A stretch of DNA of 62,140 nucleotides, counting the filler, from Choristocarpus tenellus KU-1152 (Eukaryota > Protista > Phaeophyceae), in assembly GCA_964200185.2 (NCBI GenBank). It is 10 parts of 10 records of this genome, joined end to end, with 100 filler letters (N's around TTAATTAATTAA, not from the genome) between each part and the next. Parts side by side here need not be neighbours in the genome. Positions count along the whole stretch, not along the records: positions 11,753 to 17,640 come from CAXNAD020009499.1; positions 17,741 to 23,369 come from CAXNAD020010196.1; 8 more parts are not named here. The stretch is one strand, 5' to 3'. Shown here one piece after another: positions 11,754 to 23,469 of the stretch. Every line of letters begins with the position of its first letter. Positions within the stretch are counted from its first letter, which is position 1. A model generated the notes under the pieces. That model searched no databases. It was not told where the DNA came from and worked only from the letters and a program-made list of their open reading frames with translations. A program made the translations under genes and the position numbers.

Positions 11754-13199
11754 TTATTTACACACACAAGTCTTGGGAACACCAGTTTCTTTAACATCAG
11801 GCATCACAAGTACGTTAGTGAATACAACAGTCTCCAGTTTATCACTTAGAACACATTCCAATTTGATGCCCCCCTTCCCCACAATGTCAAGTGTTCCACC
11901 ACCTCCAAATGCAACTGTTCCATCACAAGATTCCCAATTAAACATGTTTTTATTGGTCATTGTAAAATTATGTGTGGCTCCACTGTCCCAAATCCAAAAC
12001 TCAACCCATGACGGTCTCTTGAAGGGAGGTGATTTTACCTTAATAGCAAGATAACTCACTTGATTGGTTACTGGAAAACCTGCAAATCTTTGTTGTCCTT
12101 CGCCAGATCCATCCAACTCTGGTCCGCCTCCCTTGTTCTTAGAACCATTCCCCCCCATCCGATTCTTCTTCTTCTGGATGTTCGAAGATTCCAGACTCCT
12201 TGACGATCCCGATTTTCTTTGTGGACATGCGAAGCTTTGATGTCCTATTTCCCCGTATACAAAGCAAGTAATGCCCCCTTCTCTCGCCTTCTGCTTCTTG
12301 ATTTGTGGGCACTTGGATCGGAAGTGAGGTCCACCACATTCCCAACAATTGGGTTGTCCACCAGTGCGTATGGATTGCCGTCCTGCCACCAGTGCGTCAG
12401 CTCTCATCCCAGCCGATTCCGTCCCTCTTTGGATGGTGCGCAGTCGATATATTCTAAGGACTAATTTTTCCAGTTTAATCCGCCCTTCTACCGACTCCTC
12501 ATCGTCTATCTGGGACAAGATGTCCAGATACCCCTCGCCGAGTGAATTTTGTAGCCAACCCACTCGATCTTCCTCTGTCACGGAACCTCCCAAGCTCTTC
12601 AGCTCCAATATAAGAGCCTCCTGCCGGTAAATGATGTCAGCAGGATCTTCCCCAGGTTCCAGCACCATGTCCATCAATTGCCCTTTCACGAGATTTCTCT
12701 CCGTTTGTCCAGAATGAGCAAAGTTCTTGACCAGTGCGGCGAACGCCTCACTCAGAGATTCGCACGTCAGCACGATGTCCAAAGCAGGTCCTGTCGTCGC
12801 CTCCTGCAGTCCATTAGTTGCGTATGTCGTCACATGGTGCAGATATGGGTCCACACCCGTCGGGGAATACTCCAACAACAGTACCCTCAGATATTCCTTA
12901 GTCACTAGTGGCTCCCTCCATCCCCATGAGAGAACGTGTGTAAAAAACATTTTGCTCCACTTCCTCCACGTCCCTGGTTCCCCCTTAAACGCAGGTTGTT
13001 TTGAGGAGTATTTCTTCAGTTTCGGGGCAAACACGGGTCTAGCCCCCACAGCCACCGTATCTCTAGCCCCAGCCCTAACCTCGCCCCCTTGCGAAGCTGA
13101 TGTCCCATGATAACTCTCACCCCCCCCTCGGGTCATTGTCGGTTCTTTTTTTCCGTCATATATGGAGTTTAGACTTGAATCAAATCTTGATCTGGACAT
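11754..13199 (-). CDS. Ty1/Copia Gag-protease polyprotein (N-terminal part, cut at contig end)
   Basis: 481-aa ORF: Copia gag, zinc knuckles CWECGGPHFRSKC and CFVYGEIGHQSFAC, protease WIWDSGATHNFT..GGGTLDIVGKG. Confidence 0.92.
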   Translation of the reverse strand: MSRSRFDSSLNSIYDGKKEPTMTRGGGESYHGTSASQGGEVRAGARDTVAVGARPVFAPKLKKYSSKQPAFKGEPGTWRKWSKMFFTHVLSWGWREPLVTKEYLRVLLLEYSPTGVDPYLHHVTTYATNGLQEATTGPALDIVLTCESLSEAFAALVKNFAHSGQTERNLVKGQLMDMVLEPGEDPADIIYRQEALILELKSLGGSVTEEDRVGWLQNSLGEGYLDILSQIDDEESVEGRIKLEKLVLRIYRLRTIQRGTESAGMRADALVAGRQSIRTGGQPNCWECGGPHFRSKCPQIKKQKAREGGITCFVYGEIGHQSFACPQRKSGSSRSLESSNIQKKKNRMGGNGSKNKGGGPELDGSGEGQQRFAGFPVTNQVSYLAIKVKSPPFKRPSWVEFWIWDSGATHNFTMTNKNMFNWESCDGTVAFGGGGTLDIVGKGGIKLECVLSDKLETVVFTNVLVMPDVKETGVPKTCVCK

Positions 13200-13284
13200 T
13201 ATAGTTTATCTTGACTCCTTCCCGGTGATAGCTAAAATCCAAGTATAATAACTACGCAAACACGCTCATAAGAGTGCTATAGCA

Positions 13285-13604
13285 TGTTAAGCTGTCCTTG
13301 ACGATCTGTTGTCCCACACAACCAGTTATATATTGTTTATTAGCTTGTATCACAGTTGAGAAGAGACCGAGATATCATCACTAGGTGGGGCTCACCAATC
13401 CTTACACTGAATGACTCAGAATACCAAATGACTCAACAGTTCTCTAGTACACGTCAGAAACACTCCGACTCTCTAACAGTTCGCTGATTACTTCTGGTCA
13501 AATACCCCGCCTAAATATCCTCAATGTCCCGCATTACCGTCTGCGCGTACATAAAATAATACTTCAAATCATATTCTCACAAATGGTCAAGCATAATCTT
13601 GACA
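13285..13604 (-). mobile_element. 5' LTR (320 bp) of Copia element
   Basis: Minus strand begins TGTCAAGATTATGCTT and ends CTTAACA; nearly the same termini as LTR 31819-32221; lies just upstream of gag. Confidence 0.8.
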
Positions 13605-16600
13605 TTCCAAGATATTCCAGCCCAGTAACACACCTCAAGGCAATTCTGGTCGCAGCCGTGTTCACTCTGCTGAACGTCGAGGCAGGCGCAGAGAACACGT
13701 TCGTTTTTGGTCTTCCACTCGTGGCAGATCTCACTCCAGGACAAGATCCTGGGACAGGCGCTCTCATTGAAATGGACGGAGGACCAGAGAAGAACACAGT
13801 GACCGCACCCGTTCACCTCAACGTCACCGTCGGACCAGTGATTATTATTCTTCACACAAGTATGTATCACTCAGACCATTTCGGAGGAATAGCTTGAGTA
13901 CTGTACGTCAGTCCAGAGAGGTCAAGGCGCAGTTGTGAAGAGAAATTCATGAGTTGCGCACATGAGCTGAGTCGAATGAGCCACAATCCGGTAGGCAGCA
14001 GCAAGACAGAACCTTTCGCAACCTCAACATGCATTATCATCAAGATTGTGTTAAGACCATGGAATGTATTCATAAAAAACTCGGAGACCCTGCCAATGGC
14101 CCCGTCTTTCTTGGAGTACCTGCAGATAACTCCACCCCAACCATGTCAAACAACCCCGTTTTCTTTGCTGATGCTCTTACCAAGGCCTTAGGGAGGGTTC
14201 AAGGAGGATTGTGGGCCTTACCTAAAGACTACGCCCATTATCGTAATACATCACGTTCATGCAGTGATGCCCTTACCCCTTTCCGCATCGAGCTTCTTAC
14301 TGTCTGACTCTCTTAGGACCCACAGTGATCTCCTGAGCGACTCATCTACAGTGGAAGTCCCAAGCGTCACTGGAAAACTCCTTCGGGTTCCTCAGGAAGA
14401 CATGACAGCTACTGGGTGGGTTCGTATCCTGGTGTGAGAATGCACCCTTTCGTATAGTCAGTCGAAGAACGCCGTAAAGAATGCAATGGGTTCTTTAAGG
14501 ACAGAGAGAGGGGAATCGTGGAAAGCTGCAGTCAACTATCTTATCTTACACTTTCGAGCGTACACCATAGGTTCGCGGATGCCTCATGTTTGCGAGAAAA
14601 CTTTCTTTTGGAGGTATATAGCTGAAGACCAACTTATTCATCTATGCGAACGAGCTCTTCCTAGTCTTCTTCCCAGCGTTCTAGATCAGATTGGAGTACA
14701 GTCGATGGCATTTTCATTTCGAAAGGAGATTCGGAGTCAAATTCGCCCACTGGCAATTTCCCAGAATCATCCTTTAGGAGATGAAATGGTACAGTGAGGA
14801 ATTAAAGCAGAACAGATCTTTGACGATCTAATCGAAGAATTGTCCAATCGTAGCGACCAGTATGCATTTGTCCCAACCAATCAAAATGCTACAAAATCTG
14901 TGTGGTACAAAGATAAGACACCTACTGCTTTAGGTGGCATGGCTGATGCTCGAGCTATGTTTCCAAGCATGTCCGACCCCTTGTCTGCCCCAGTTGAAAC
15001 TCCGATCAGCAGACAGGAACTAGGACTGCCCCAAAATAGAAGGGCATTCTTGCCACGAGAGGTGCCAAGCCAGAATCCACCACCACACCAAGAGGTGGTC
15101 AACAGTGTGCTGGCGGCCCTCGCGGCGATGCTCCAACCTGTTTTGTCCCCAAATCCCCTGCCCACTGTCTGTGCTGTGTTGACAAACCAACCTGCTTCTG
15201 CTCCTGGGAAACAAGGGACCACGTTCGTTTCTAAGAGCAATGCATCCACACCCGTTCAACCAGCAACACCCGCCGCCCAGTCTGTGCCTTGATCCACGTC
15301 TTCTTTAGCCACAGACAGAGCAAGCGATGCAGGTCGACACCATTCGGTTAAGGATTTACCTTCACACCATCTGCTTCCCAAGATGAGGTTGTCGAGTGGC
15401 TCAAAGCACATCGAGTTTGCTTCCACCACGCTGTCGGTCGTGACTGCTTCAAGTCTATGCGCCACAGGTGCAGGTATACCCACGACGACTCCATAGTACC
15501 TAAGGGTCACTTCGCATATCTTTCCCAAGACAAGCAGAGCACTACCTCAGCGAATGAGTCGCACACGATGGTAGACTTGACAGACTCCCATTTGCATTAC
15601 CTTGCCGAGATGCAGGACTTTGAGTTTCCGCCACTATTTGCAAGCAGCCCAAGTTACCCTGAAGGTGCGCCCTGGAGTCTTCAGCTCCAGGGAACTTAGC
15701 CACTGTAGCCATAGGAAGCATGACCCCCACACCCACCTCGACAATATCCACTATGTCAACTGCCCAATGAACTAGTGAAGTATGGCTATCTGCACTGCTG
15801 TGGCACCCTTGCAAAGTCCGCTCGAGATTGCCTGTACAGATACTCCTTGACACAGATGCAGGAGGTGGGAACTACATTTCGTCTGCTTTTTGGCGCAGTA
15901 CTACTATCTGGGGAGGTAGCACCGGCCTACCGCACCTTACCAAACAGGTGAAGGTACATTGCACGCGACAAATCCGAAAGGATGCAGTATTCCACCTATG
16001 CAGGTACTAGGGTCCTGCATACTGCCAATATTTTTCCCCCCAGAGGATAGAGTCCGAAATGTGACATTCACAGTAGTGGAAAGCTTACCTTACGGGATGG
16101 TTCTAGGAGCAGCATTCTGTAGGCAGCACAAGAGCATACTGTCATTTAGAGAGGGGGAAGGCTTTCGACCAGCTCCAAACTCGCTGTGGATACCTTTTGT
16201 TCGAGCTATGACACCCAGATCTCGTGATAACAATGTACCCCTGTCAGCCCTAGGAGAGTGGCAAGCATCAATAACACCCACAACCCGACCATCCAAGTAC
16301 CACAGACTGCCTCTTAACCTCAGATCAGCTGGATGTAGAGAACCCCCCCTGACGTACTCCGTAGATTCCCAAGATGCACTAGTACTCCAAGTGGTGAACA
16401 TACGCAACCAGAGAAGGAACATGCAATTTTTTTGATGTAGACCCAGGAGCAGGCACCTCAGATGCGGACCCAGAGGCAGGTATCGCAACAATAGATCTTA
16501 CCCAGGACAAGAATCCTCTGACCCCATCATCTCCAGGTCTAGTACCCCTTCCGGTAGAGGTAGCGTGGGAGGACGATGGGACTCTGCAGTGGGAATTGCG

Positions 16601-17570
16601 CTTGTCAGAAGTAGAACATGTAGAAGGGCTTGTCAGCAAAGTCTGCAAAGGATTCGTTAAGGGGGCACAACCACCATCCAGACAGTTGGTGATGATTGAG
16701 CCCTTATCAGAGTATAACCTGGAATTAGGAAATGCTGTCGGAGTTGCCAGAGGTGTACAATGGTGGAACCCGCGAACTCCCATCTATTGCAAGCTGGTAA
16801 ATACGTGCAGTAAGCCCAGTATTGTCCAAGCAGGGCTGCCAGTTGCAAAGGCGATTGCTCTGAATACTCAGGATACAGAGAGGGTGGTTGCACTCTTTCA
16901 GTCACTAACTAATAAACCCCCCAAAGGCCCTCAAAGAGCACAGGTCCTGCTTGCCACAACTAGTTCTCAGACAAGGCATCCCCCAGAAGCAGACGAGACT
17001 GGCGACTGCCCAGTAGAAGAGAAAGACGGCACCCCTTCAGATGAAGCCAAGGGGATCCGGCATCAATCGGTGTGCCTTGTGCAATATAGGCTGGTATTCA
17101 ATAGGTTTCATATGTGTATGGTAACCACTACTATGTAACAGAAGTGTTGACTGAGTGGCTTAGTTGTCAACGACTTGCTTCACTGTGCCCAAAGTCATAG
17201 GTTTGAATCTCTAAAGGCTGGTTTTATATTACGTGATGGCTGACGCCGGACGACTGACGCAGTACTAGTGACGTAGTACGAGTGATGTAGTGTGACTGAC
17301 ACAGACACGTTCTGACGTGTCTGCTGACGCGCGCAATAGATAACGAGGCAAAGCACCCCCACCCCCCTACTAGTGACGTAGTACGAGTGATGTAGTAGGT
17401 AGGTACTTCACTGCCATAGACCTAGCGTCGGAATTCTTTCAACTAGAAATCGCCGAGGTAGACAAACATAAGACAGCCTTCCGTGACGCTCATGGACAAC
17501 TTTGGGAAAATAACAGGTGTGGCTTTGGGTTGAAAATCTTACCTGCAGTATTCTCTAGTTACATGAGGAG
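13605..17570 (+). mobile_element. Decayed Ty3/Gypsy retrotransposon (gag-PR-RT fragments)
   Basis: Protease VQILLDTDAGGGNYIS (15828) and VVESLPYGMVLGAAF; RT fragment YFTAIDLASEFFQLEIAEVDKHKTAFRDAHGQLWENNRCGFGLK at 17404-17568. Confidence 0.85.
17134..17400 (+). mobile_element. LTR/SINE-like insert with degenerate tRNA-type Pol III A/B boxes
   Basis: Starts TGTAACA; A-box-like TGGCTTAGTTG (17156) and B-box-like GGTTTGAATCT (17200); 29-bp direct repeat at 17263-17291 and 17368-17396. Confidence 0.45.
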
Positions 17571-17574
17571 GCCT

Positions 17575-17640
17575 TAAACAGGGGATCCTCAAAATTGAGG
17601 AAGGCGCGGGACTATGAGGATGGTTGTTTTGCGAAAACGG
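17575..17640 (+). repeat. Dispersed repeat R1 terminus (probable DNA-transposon end)
   Basis: TAAACAGGGGATCCTCAAAATTG... matches the reverse complement at 52368-52433. Confidence 0.7.
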
Positions 17641-17740
17641 NNNNNNNNNNNNNNNNNNNNNNNNNNNNNNNNNNNNNNNNNNNNTTAATTAATTAANNNN
17701 NNNNNNNNNNNNNNNNNNNNNNNNNNNNNNNNNNNNNNNN

Positions 17741-17892
17741 CGGCTGTCCACTTGGGGTCAATTTTTTGTTGTCGCGATTTTTGTGTGATTTGGTTGCGTA
17801 CGTTGGATGGATAACGTAAATACACTTTTCCTGATTTTGGTCCAAATGGACACCCTGGTGTAGACACCCCCCCCCCACAGATGCTTCGGGTC
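17741..17892 (-). mobile_element. MITE family B, partial
   Basis: Reverse complement of the 51711-51890 body; ends CAGATGCTTCGGGTC. Confidence 0.8.
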
Positions 17893-18341
17893 TCAGAAAT
17901 GATAAAATGAGGTGCACTCAGGCAGACCACATTTATCATATTTTAATTTCAATTTCAATTTTGCGCGTTTATCTGTAATGAAGCAACTTCTGCTGATAAG
18001 GGGTCTGCATGTACCACTAGAGCTTCTGTCGAACCAGAGCCCTGATAAGAAGTATTGACCTTGCTTGCTATTGAAGGATCTCACGATGAAAACAAGGCTA
18101 CTCTGTGTTGTGAATGAACTGCGTTCCCCTCGTCCTCACCAATTCAGCAAAGTCCTTTGAGTCCTATGTTCCTCAGCACCATTCTTACAGGGAAGAAAGC
18201 TATCGACTATTCAATCAAACAGTTGTAAAATGAATTATGTCCTTTTTTTTCTCCATTTGAATGAAAAGCTGTCTGTTATTGCTTTTGGAACAATGTGCTG
18301 CTGCCTAATGGTGAAAAGGCGAAGAAGTAAAGTCCCTCCTG

Positions 18342-20779
18342 CTACTGTTCAGAAAACATCTCCCGTCCGTTCACAGCCACCATTATCCCGCCCTCTGTGC
18401 GAAGTGAAGCCCTCCTCTTCAGACACTGATCCACCCCCCTGCCCCACATAGCAACCTCCTCCCATGTTGGAAGCATCCACTTGGGATCATTGCTCCCTGC
18501 AGCACGGGCTATGCAAGAATTAATGTATCGATCCGGTGGTGGTAATGTTTCTTGGTGTGAAGGAGTGGGGGTACTGACACCATCTGCATAAAGTGGCGGG
18601 TCTGGGGATGATGGCTTTGACATGGGGTGATTAAATGACCGATTGCTACGCATTGTAGGCGCAGACGATGGACGATGCCTCTGCCTTGCTTTGCCTGCTC
18701 CCTTGAACATTGACTTGGCAGGGGTTTTCATACCCTTGTCCACATTTCTGGCATTAAGGTCCCCAAGCGCTTCCTTCTCGGTTTCTGGAAGCCCCTGCTC
18801 GACCTCAGAAGGAAAATCTCGTCGAAGGGGATTGTGAGATAAATTAAGTCCATCAACAGAGGCCTCAGCAGAAGTTGGGAGGACAGCAGTGGTACTGCTG
18901 GTATTTGATCTGCAGGTGTTGATTAATGAAGATCTCTTACTTCCCCCAGCACTTCCAGAAGAAAGGGGTCTCTTTTCCAGACCCTGTGCAGCCATGCGGT
19001 TCCTCTTCATTCCCATGCCAAATGCCAAAGAGGGGATAGGAAAAGCATCACCTACGATATCTTCTGGCTCTGCCATCTGGACACCACCACCTATATATAC
19101 TTCTGCTGCGGACCTGTTTGTCTGGTGTGTTTTCTTTTCCTCACTGTTTTCCTCATCAAGAATCACATTCCTCATCCTTTCTTCTTGAGAACTCGACCTT
19201 AAAGACCTCACTGCTGTGGGTGTGATGCAATCTGTTGAAGAAATTGCATCTGTGATTGTGCACGCAAGGACTGCACAATCATGAGAGACATGGGGAGGGG
19301 GNNNNNNNNNNAAGAAATGCCGTCTGTGGTTGGCCGCGGACGGACCGCACATTCCCGAGAGACTTGGGGGGGGGGGGGAGGGCTTGGGGGGCCAATAACG
19401 TTTTGCAATCGAGAACTTGCACTCTCTGGTCTTCGTCTCCATGACTTCGTGGAAGAAGGCTCTAGTTGTCGCATCTTTTCTTTTTGTTGCCAGGAAGGGG
19501 AGCGTGAGGATAGAGCTGATGTAGCTGAGTCCTTCCTGGAAGGGCAAATGGAAGAGGGGGAAGAAGGTTGGCGTATAGTTTCCCCAGTCCCGTTGAGATC
19601 TCCTTCTTCGTATGGTGGGGAAAAGTTGCCAGTGATCAGTCCCTTTATCCCCCTTTGCTCTCCCTGGGTCTCAGACTCTCCACCCATGTCCCTGTCTCCA
19701 CGCCTTCCCCTTTCCATCCTGTGGGTCTGAGAAGACGACAGGGCAGCACCAGACAAACTGGACTCCCCAGACTTGAATGGAGGGCAAAACGTGGCTCCTA
19801 GGTCAACAGTAGAAATTGGTGCGGAACAACGAGGTTTGGGAGCTGGTTTATGACCCCAGCACAACCCAAGCTCTGCTCTTGATTTGCCCAAGCCTTGTCT
19901 GCCCTTAGTTCCACCCAGCACCTGGCATGCATCCAATAATTCTATTCGATTTTCTCTAGACTGCTCCAAGTCACCTTCATTACTCTGGTCCGTTGAACTT
20001 GCCAGGGCAACCTTGATTCCTGGTTCATGCCAAGTGCCATCTGCAGCCGTTGAGTTCTTCGCTTCAGGGGTCCCGGCCCTCGGTTCATGCACTGAGCTGT
20101 CACCATTGCCAGCTTGCCATTTTCCTCCTCTGTTCACCTGAGCTCGACTCACTACCTCATTAGGGCCATGGAAATACATGCGCTCTTCATCGCTTCCTCT
20201 GTTTCGATTTTCATTACTTCGTAGGAAATCATCTCCTCCACAAGAAATATCGGAACCATCCCCTAGACCCCGTACACCTTGGTGATCTGCTCCACCTTGG
20301 TTCAAATCATGCATAGCACACTTGGAAGATGTCATTTTCCCCTTGTTACTGGAACCACGCCTCCTTGCTGCACCCGGTGTTGCTCCTGCATCTAGAGCAC
20401 CCACTGTTCTACCTTCGACCATCTCTTGCTCCTGCCCCACATCTCCTTGCTTGAGGTGTCTGTGACGTCTGGCAGAGCCACGATGAAAGCGGTCAAGGAG
20501 AGGAGCACTTCGCAATCCGAGCCGGCTGAAGTCAAGAATTGGAACTTTGTTAGTCCTTCCCTTGCATTCTACCCCTTCAACTTCTTTCAAGTCTACTGAC
20601 GATTCACAAAGTCGAAGCTGCGGTTGAGATTGAGCAGAAACGACAGGGGAGATCCTTCCAGTCCTTGGCACCATGGAGATGGCTGCTGTGGCATTAGCAG
20701 CTTGCCAACATCTGACGGCCTTTGCCCTTGGTGTAGCAGACATGGGGATATCTAGCGGGTTAGCAGCAATTGCCCAGTC
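18342..20779 (-). CDS. Large exon of an uncharacterised low-complexity (Ser/Gly/Pro-rich) host protein
   Basis: ORFs 19208-20743 and 18342-19547 join at the N-gap 19302-19311. Acceptor TTTTTTCTCGTCTAG at 20780 is in phase 0; the 3' donor is uncertain (~18450). Possible upstream exons at 20864-20917 and ~22149-22263. Confidence 0.7.
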
Positions 20780-20980
20780 CTAGACGAGAAAAAATATGGA
20801 GAAGATTGGAGGGTTGCATTGGTGGTTAGGGGGAGGGGACCGTCTGGTTAGGTTAACCCTAACCCTTGGTATAGCAGACATGGGGATATCAAGTGGGTTA
20901 GCAGCAACTGCCCAGTCCTAGATGAGAAAGATTATGCAGAAGATTGGAGGGTTGCAATGGTGGTTAGGAGGAGGGGACCT
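20725..20980. repeat. ~117-bp tandem duplication spanning an intron/exon acceptor, with telomere-like junction
   Basis: 20725-20841 versus 20863-20979, separated by GTCTGGTTAGGTTAACCCTAA. Confidence 0.9.
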
Positions 20981-21295
20981 TCTGTCTCAAATGCGAGTCC
21001 ACGTATTGATGGGATAAATTGAACTTGCCTACCCTGGAACACCTGCAGAATATTCAGATTCACGTACTTTGTTCCATTACTGTTTGTACAAATATTTTTT
21101 CACAAAGACTTTCTGGTTCTGACTGAGGGTAAACACTCCCCAACTCACTCTGAGTGTGGCCAGCCAGAAAGGGATATGGACATATTACTAATATGAGTCT
21201 ATAGATTCTGTATCTCGCCTTACATGTTATTCAGTAGAGATTACCATACAGTACATTACTAGCTTTCATTGACGTAGTACTCCGTATTTAGGATT

Positions 21296-21303
21296 TAATA
21301 ATG

Positions 21304-21335
<32 letters not shown>
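21296..21335. repeat. (TAA)n microsatellite
   Basis: Direct observation. Confidence 0.95.
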
Positions 21336-21338
<3 letters not shown>

Positions 21339-21593
21339 CTGTGCTTATCGATACGATAGGTTGAATGGGAGAGCAGAAGTGGCTCCTAAAAGACACGTTA
21401 AGGTGTAAGTATTGGGGCATGTTCCGCAGAGGGTTATGATAGGTTTGCATGTGCAACAAGGTGCCTATGACGACAGTTGGTAGAGTTTTAGTAATGTTTT
21501 GTTTTCTGATGTTTCTTCCGAGGTTGCTTGACATTTTAAGGTTATGTTTACACTACCTACGCAACTGGAACAAATGGTGACAATTTAGTAAAT

Positions 21594-21853
21594 GGGCCAA
21601 ACCAACTGAGAGGTAGGTCGTGATGCATTTTTTGAATCCTGAGAAAGGGCAAAAATATGTCATTTTGTATAATTACAGAAAAGAGCCTTTGCTGAAATTG
21701 ACGTGTCACTTTGTGTGTGTAAAGGGGGGATATCAATTTTGCATACGCTATTGTGCACATAAAGAAAAATATAGAATACATTCCACAGGGTAGGAAAGAT
21801 GGTTTTAAGTGCCAAAGGGTCAAAACCTGCCTACCTCTCAATTAGTTTGACTC
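21594..21853 (+). mobile_element. MITE family D (260 bp), TSD AAAT/AAAT
   Basis: TIR GGGCCAAACCAACTGAGAGGTAGG...CCTACCTCTCAATTAGTTTGACTC; second copy at 53131. Confidence 0.85.
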
Positions 21854-23325
21854 AAATAAAGTTCAACAGTAAAGACGATGAAGCACATAGCACTATTGAG
21901 TTTCAAGTCTCTACAAAATGTTTTTTTTTTAATGGAGCAGCTTCTTCTCTATGCACCTGATTGCATGTGCTATATGCTACTTCAATGCAGCGCAAGGTAG
22001 CTGGAGTCAATATATTTTTTCTCCGCATGTTTCGCTCTTTAATTATAAATACATATTCCAACAACCAGAATATGTAGGGCATGGGAAAGTTGACCCACCC
22101 CCCGAGTCCTCAACTCTCTATTCACACGCCTTCTTGCCCTTCACTCGCCTCTACAGTTACTCGGCGGTTTTGGAATACCATACGAATGGATACGTCTGTT
22201 GAACCGGAGAGGAGAGCCAAACGATATCGACCAATCCCATGCCCCCCATCGCGAGGAATCACCTTGCCAGGTAGGGGAAACAGCAGTTGGTCGATCAAGC
22301 AAACAGAGATGCGAATGGCAAGATAGATGAGAGCACAAGGCAGGGAGACAGGGTCTGAGAGAAGGGGATGCAAGGTGATTTTTGTGGAGAGGAGACAGGC
22401 GTTCCTTTTTACAACAGAGATTGTTCTTGCCAGATTTGGGCAAGATTCAAGAGGAACAAGCGCTGAAGGGCATGCACTGCTAGTTGAGGGACTTGAGTTG
22501 TACTTCGAAATACTTGCTGTTCAAGGACCAGCTGAAAACTCAACAGAGCAAAAACGTACAGATCTTGAATGTGGTTCTATTCCATGAAAGACAAGAATTG
22601 CGCTTGAAATTTCTAGTGTGTCGTAGCTTAACCACACTTACTAGGAAATGATGCCCTTCTGCAGGTAGAGAGTGATAAGGGGAGAATCAAGTGGAATCCT
22701 AAGTGATGCAAGTCATGAGGAAATAGTGGACAATGGGGCGATATGACTTGTGATTCTCTTAGAGCAAATTGTGTTCTTCGTATAGTCCACCACGATAGTT
22801 CAACTTGCATGTGTTTCCAATGCCCCCAGAGTAGTAAACAAAGTATTGTACCATCGACAGTAATTCGGTAGGACTCTTTGCCACACCATACATAACTTGA
22901 TCTGAGGTGCCATGTGTTAAGTCTACAAAACCACTAACCTACACTTTGGATGTGAAATTTATTGATCTTTAGCACAGTATTCATGGTGGTGCATTCTGAG
23001 CACCTCCATCTAAAATACACAGTGGTATTAGTGAGTAGTTCGTTAGGGCTTCAAAATACAACCCTTCACATTTGTATGTTTCTTGCAACATACGTTATCC
23101 CCCTTATTCCAACTGTGTATTTAATACGGACACCAAAATTATCACTAGAACAATGATCTCTTCGAGAATTTGGTTCTAGAGAGAAGAAATACATGTAACG
23201 TTTTCAAGGCACACTTTTTTGAGGGACAGCAGCCGTCTTCGGTGAAGGAGTAGCACCTATGTAGGGCCAGTGGCCATATGGACATTGATGAACACATGCT
23301 ATACGTCAAAGGAGCACATAATACA

Positions 23326-23369
23326 TCCATCCATACATACATACATACATACATACATACATACATACA
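23326..23369. repeat. (TACA)n microsatellite at contig end
   Basis: Direct observation. Confidence 0.95.
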
Positions 23370-23469
23370 NNNNNNNNNNNNNNNNNNNNNNNNNNNNNNN
23401 NNNNNNNNNNNNNTTAATTAATTAANNNNNNNNNNNNNNNNNNNNNNNNNNNNNNNNNNNNNNNNNNNN

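Noticed and set aside
10250-13604. One continuous Copia element across the linker at 11653-11752
   Set aside because: Contig order is unverified and the intervening integrase is not visible.
17149-17220. Functional tRNA gene
   Set aside because: The acceptor and T stems do not pair; only promoter-box-like remnants remain.
19208-19547. Overlapping long ORFs suggesting a programmed frameshift, with a duplicated PPPxVSxxCAV peptide
   Set aside because: The frame switch coincides with an N-gap (19302-19311) beside poly-G; most simply an assembly artefact.
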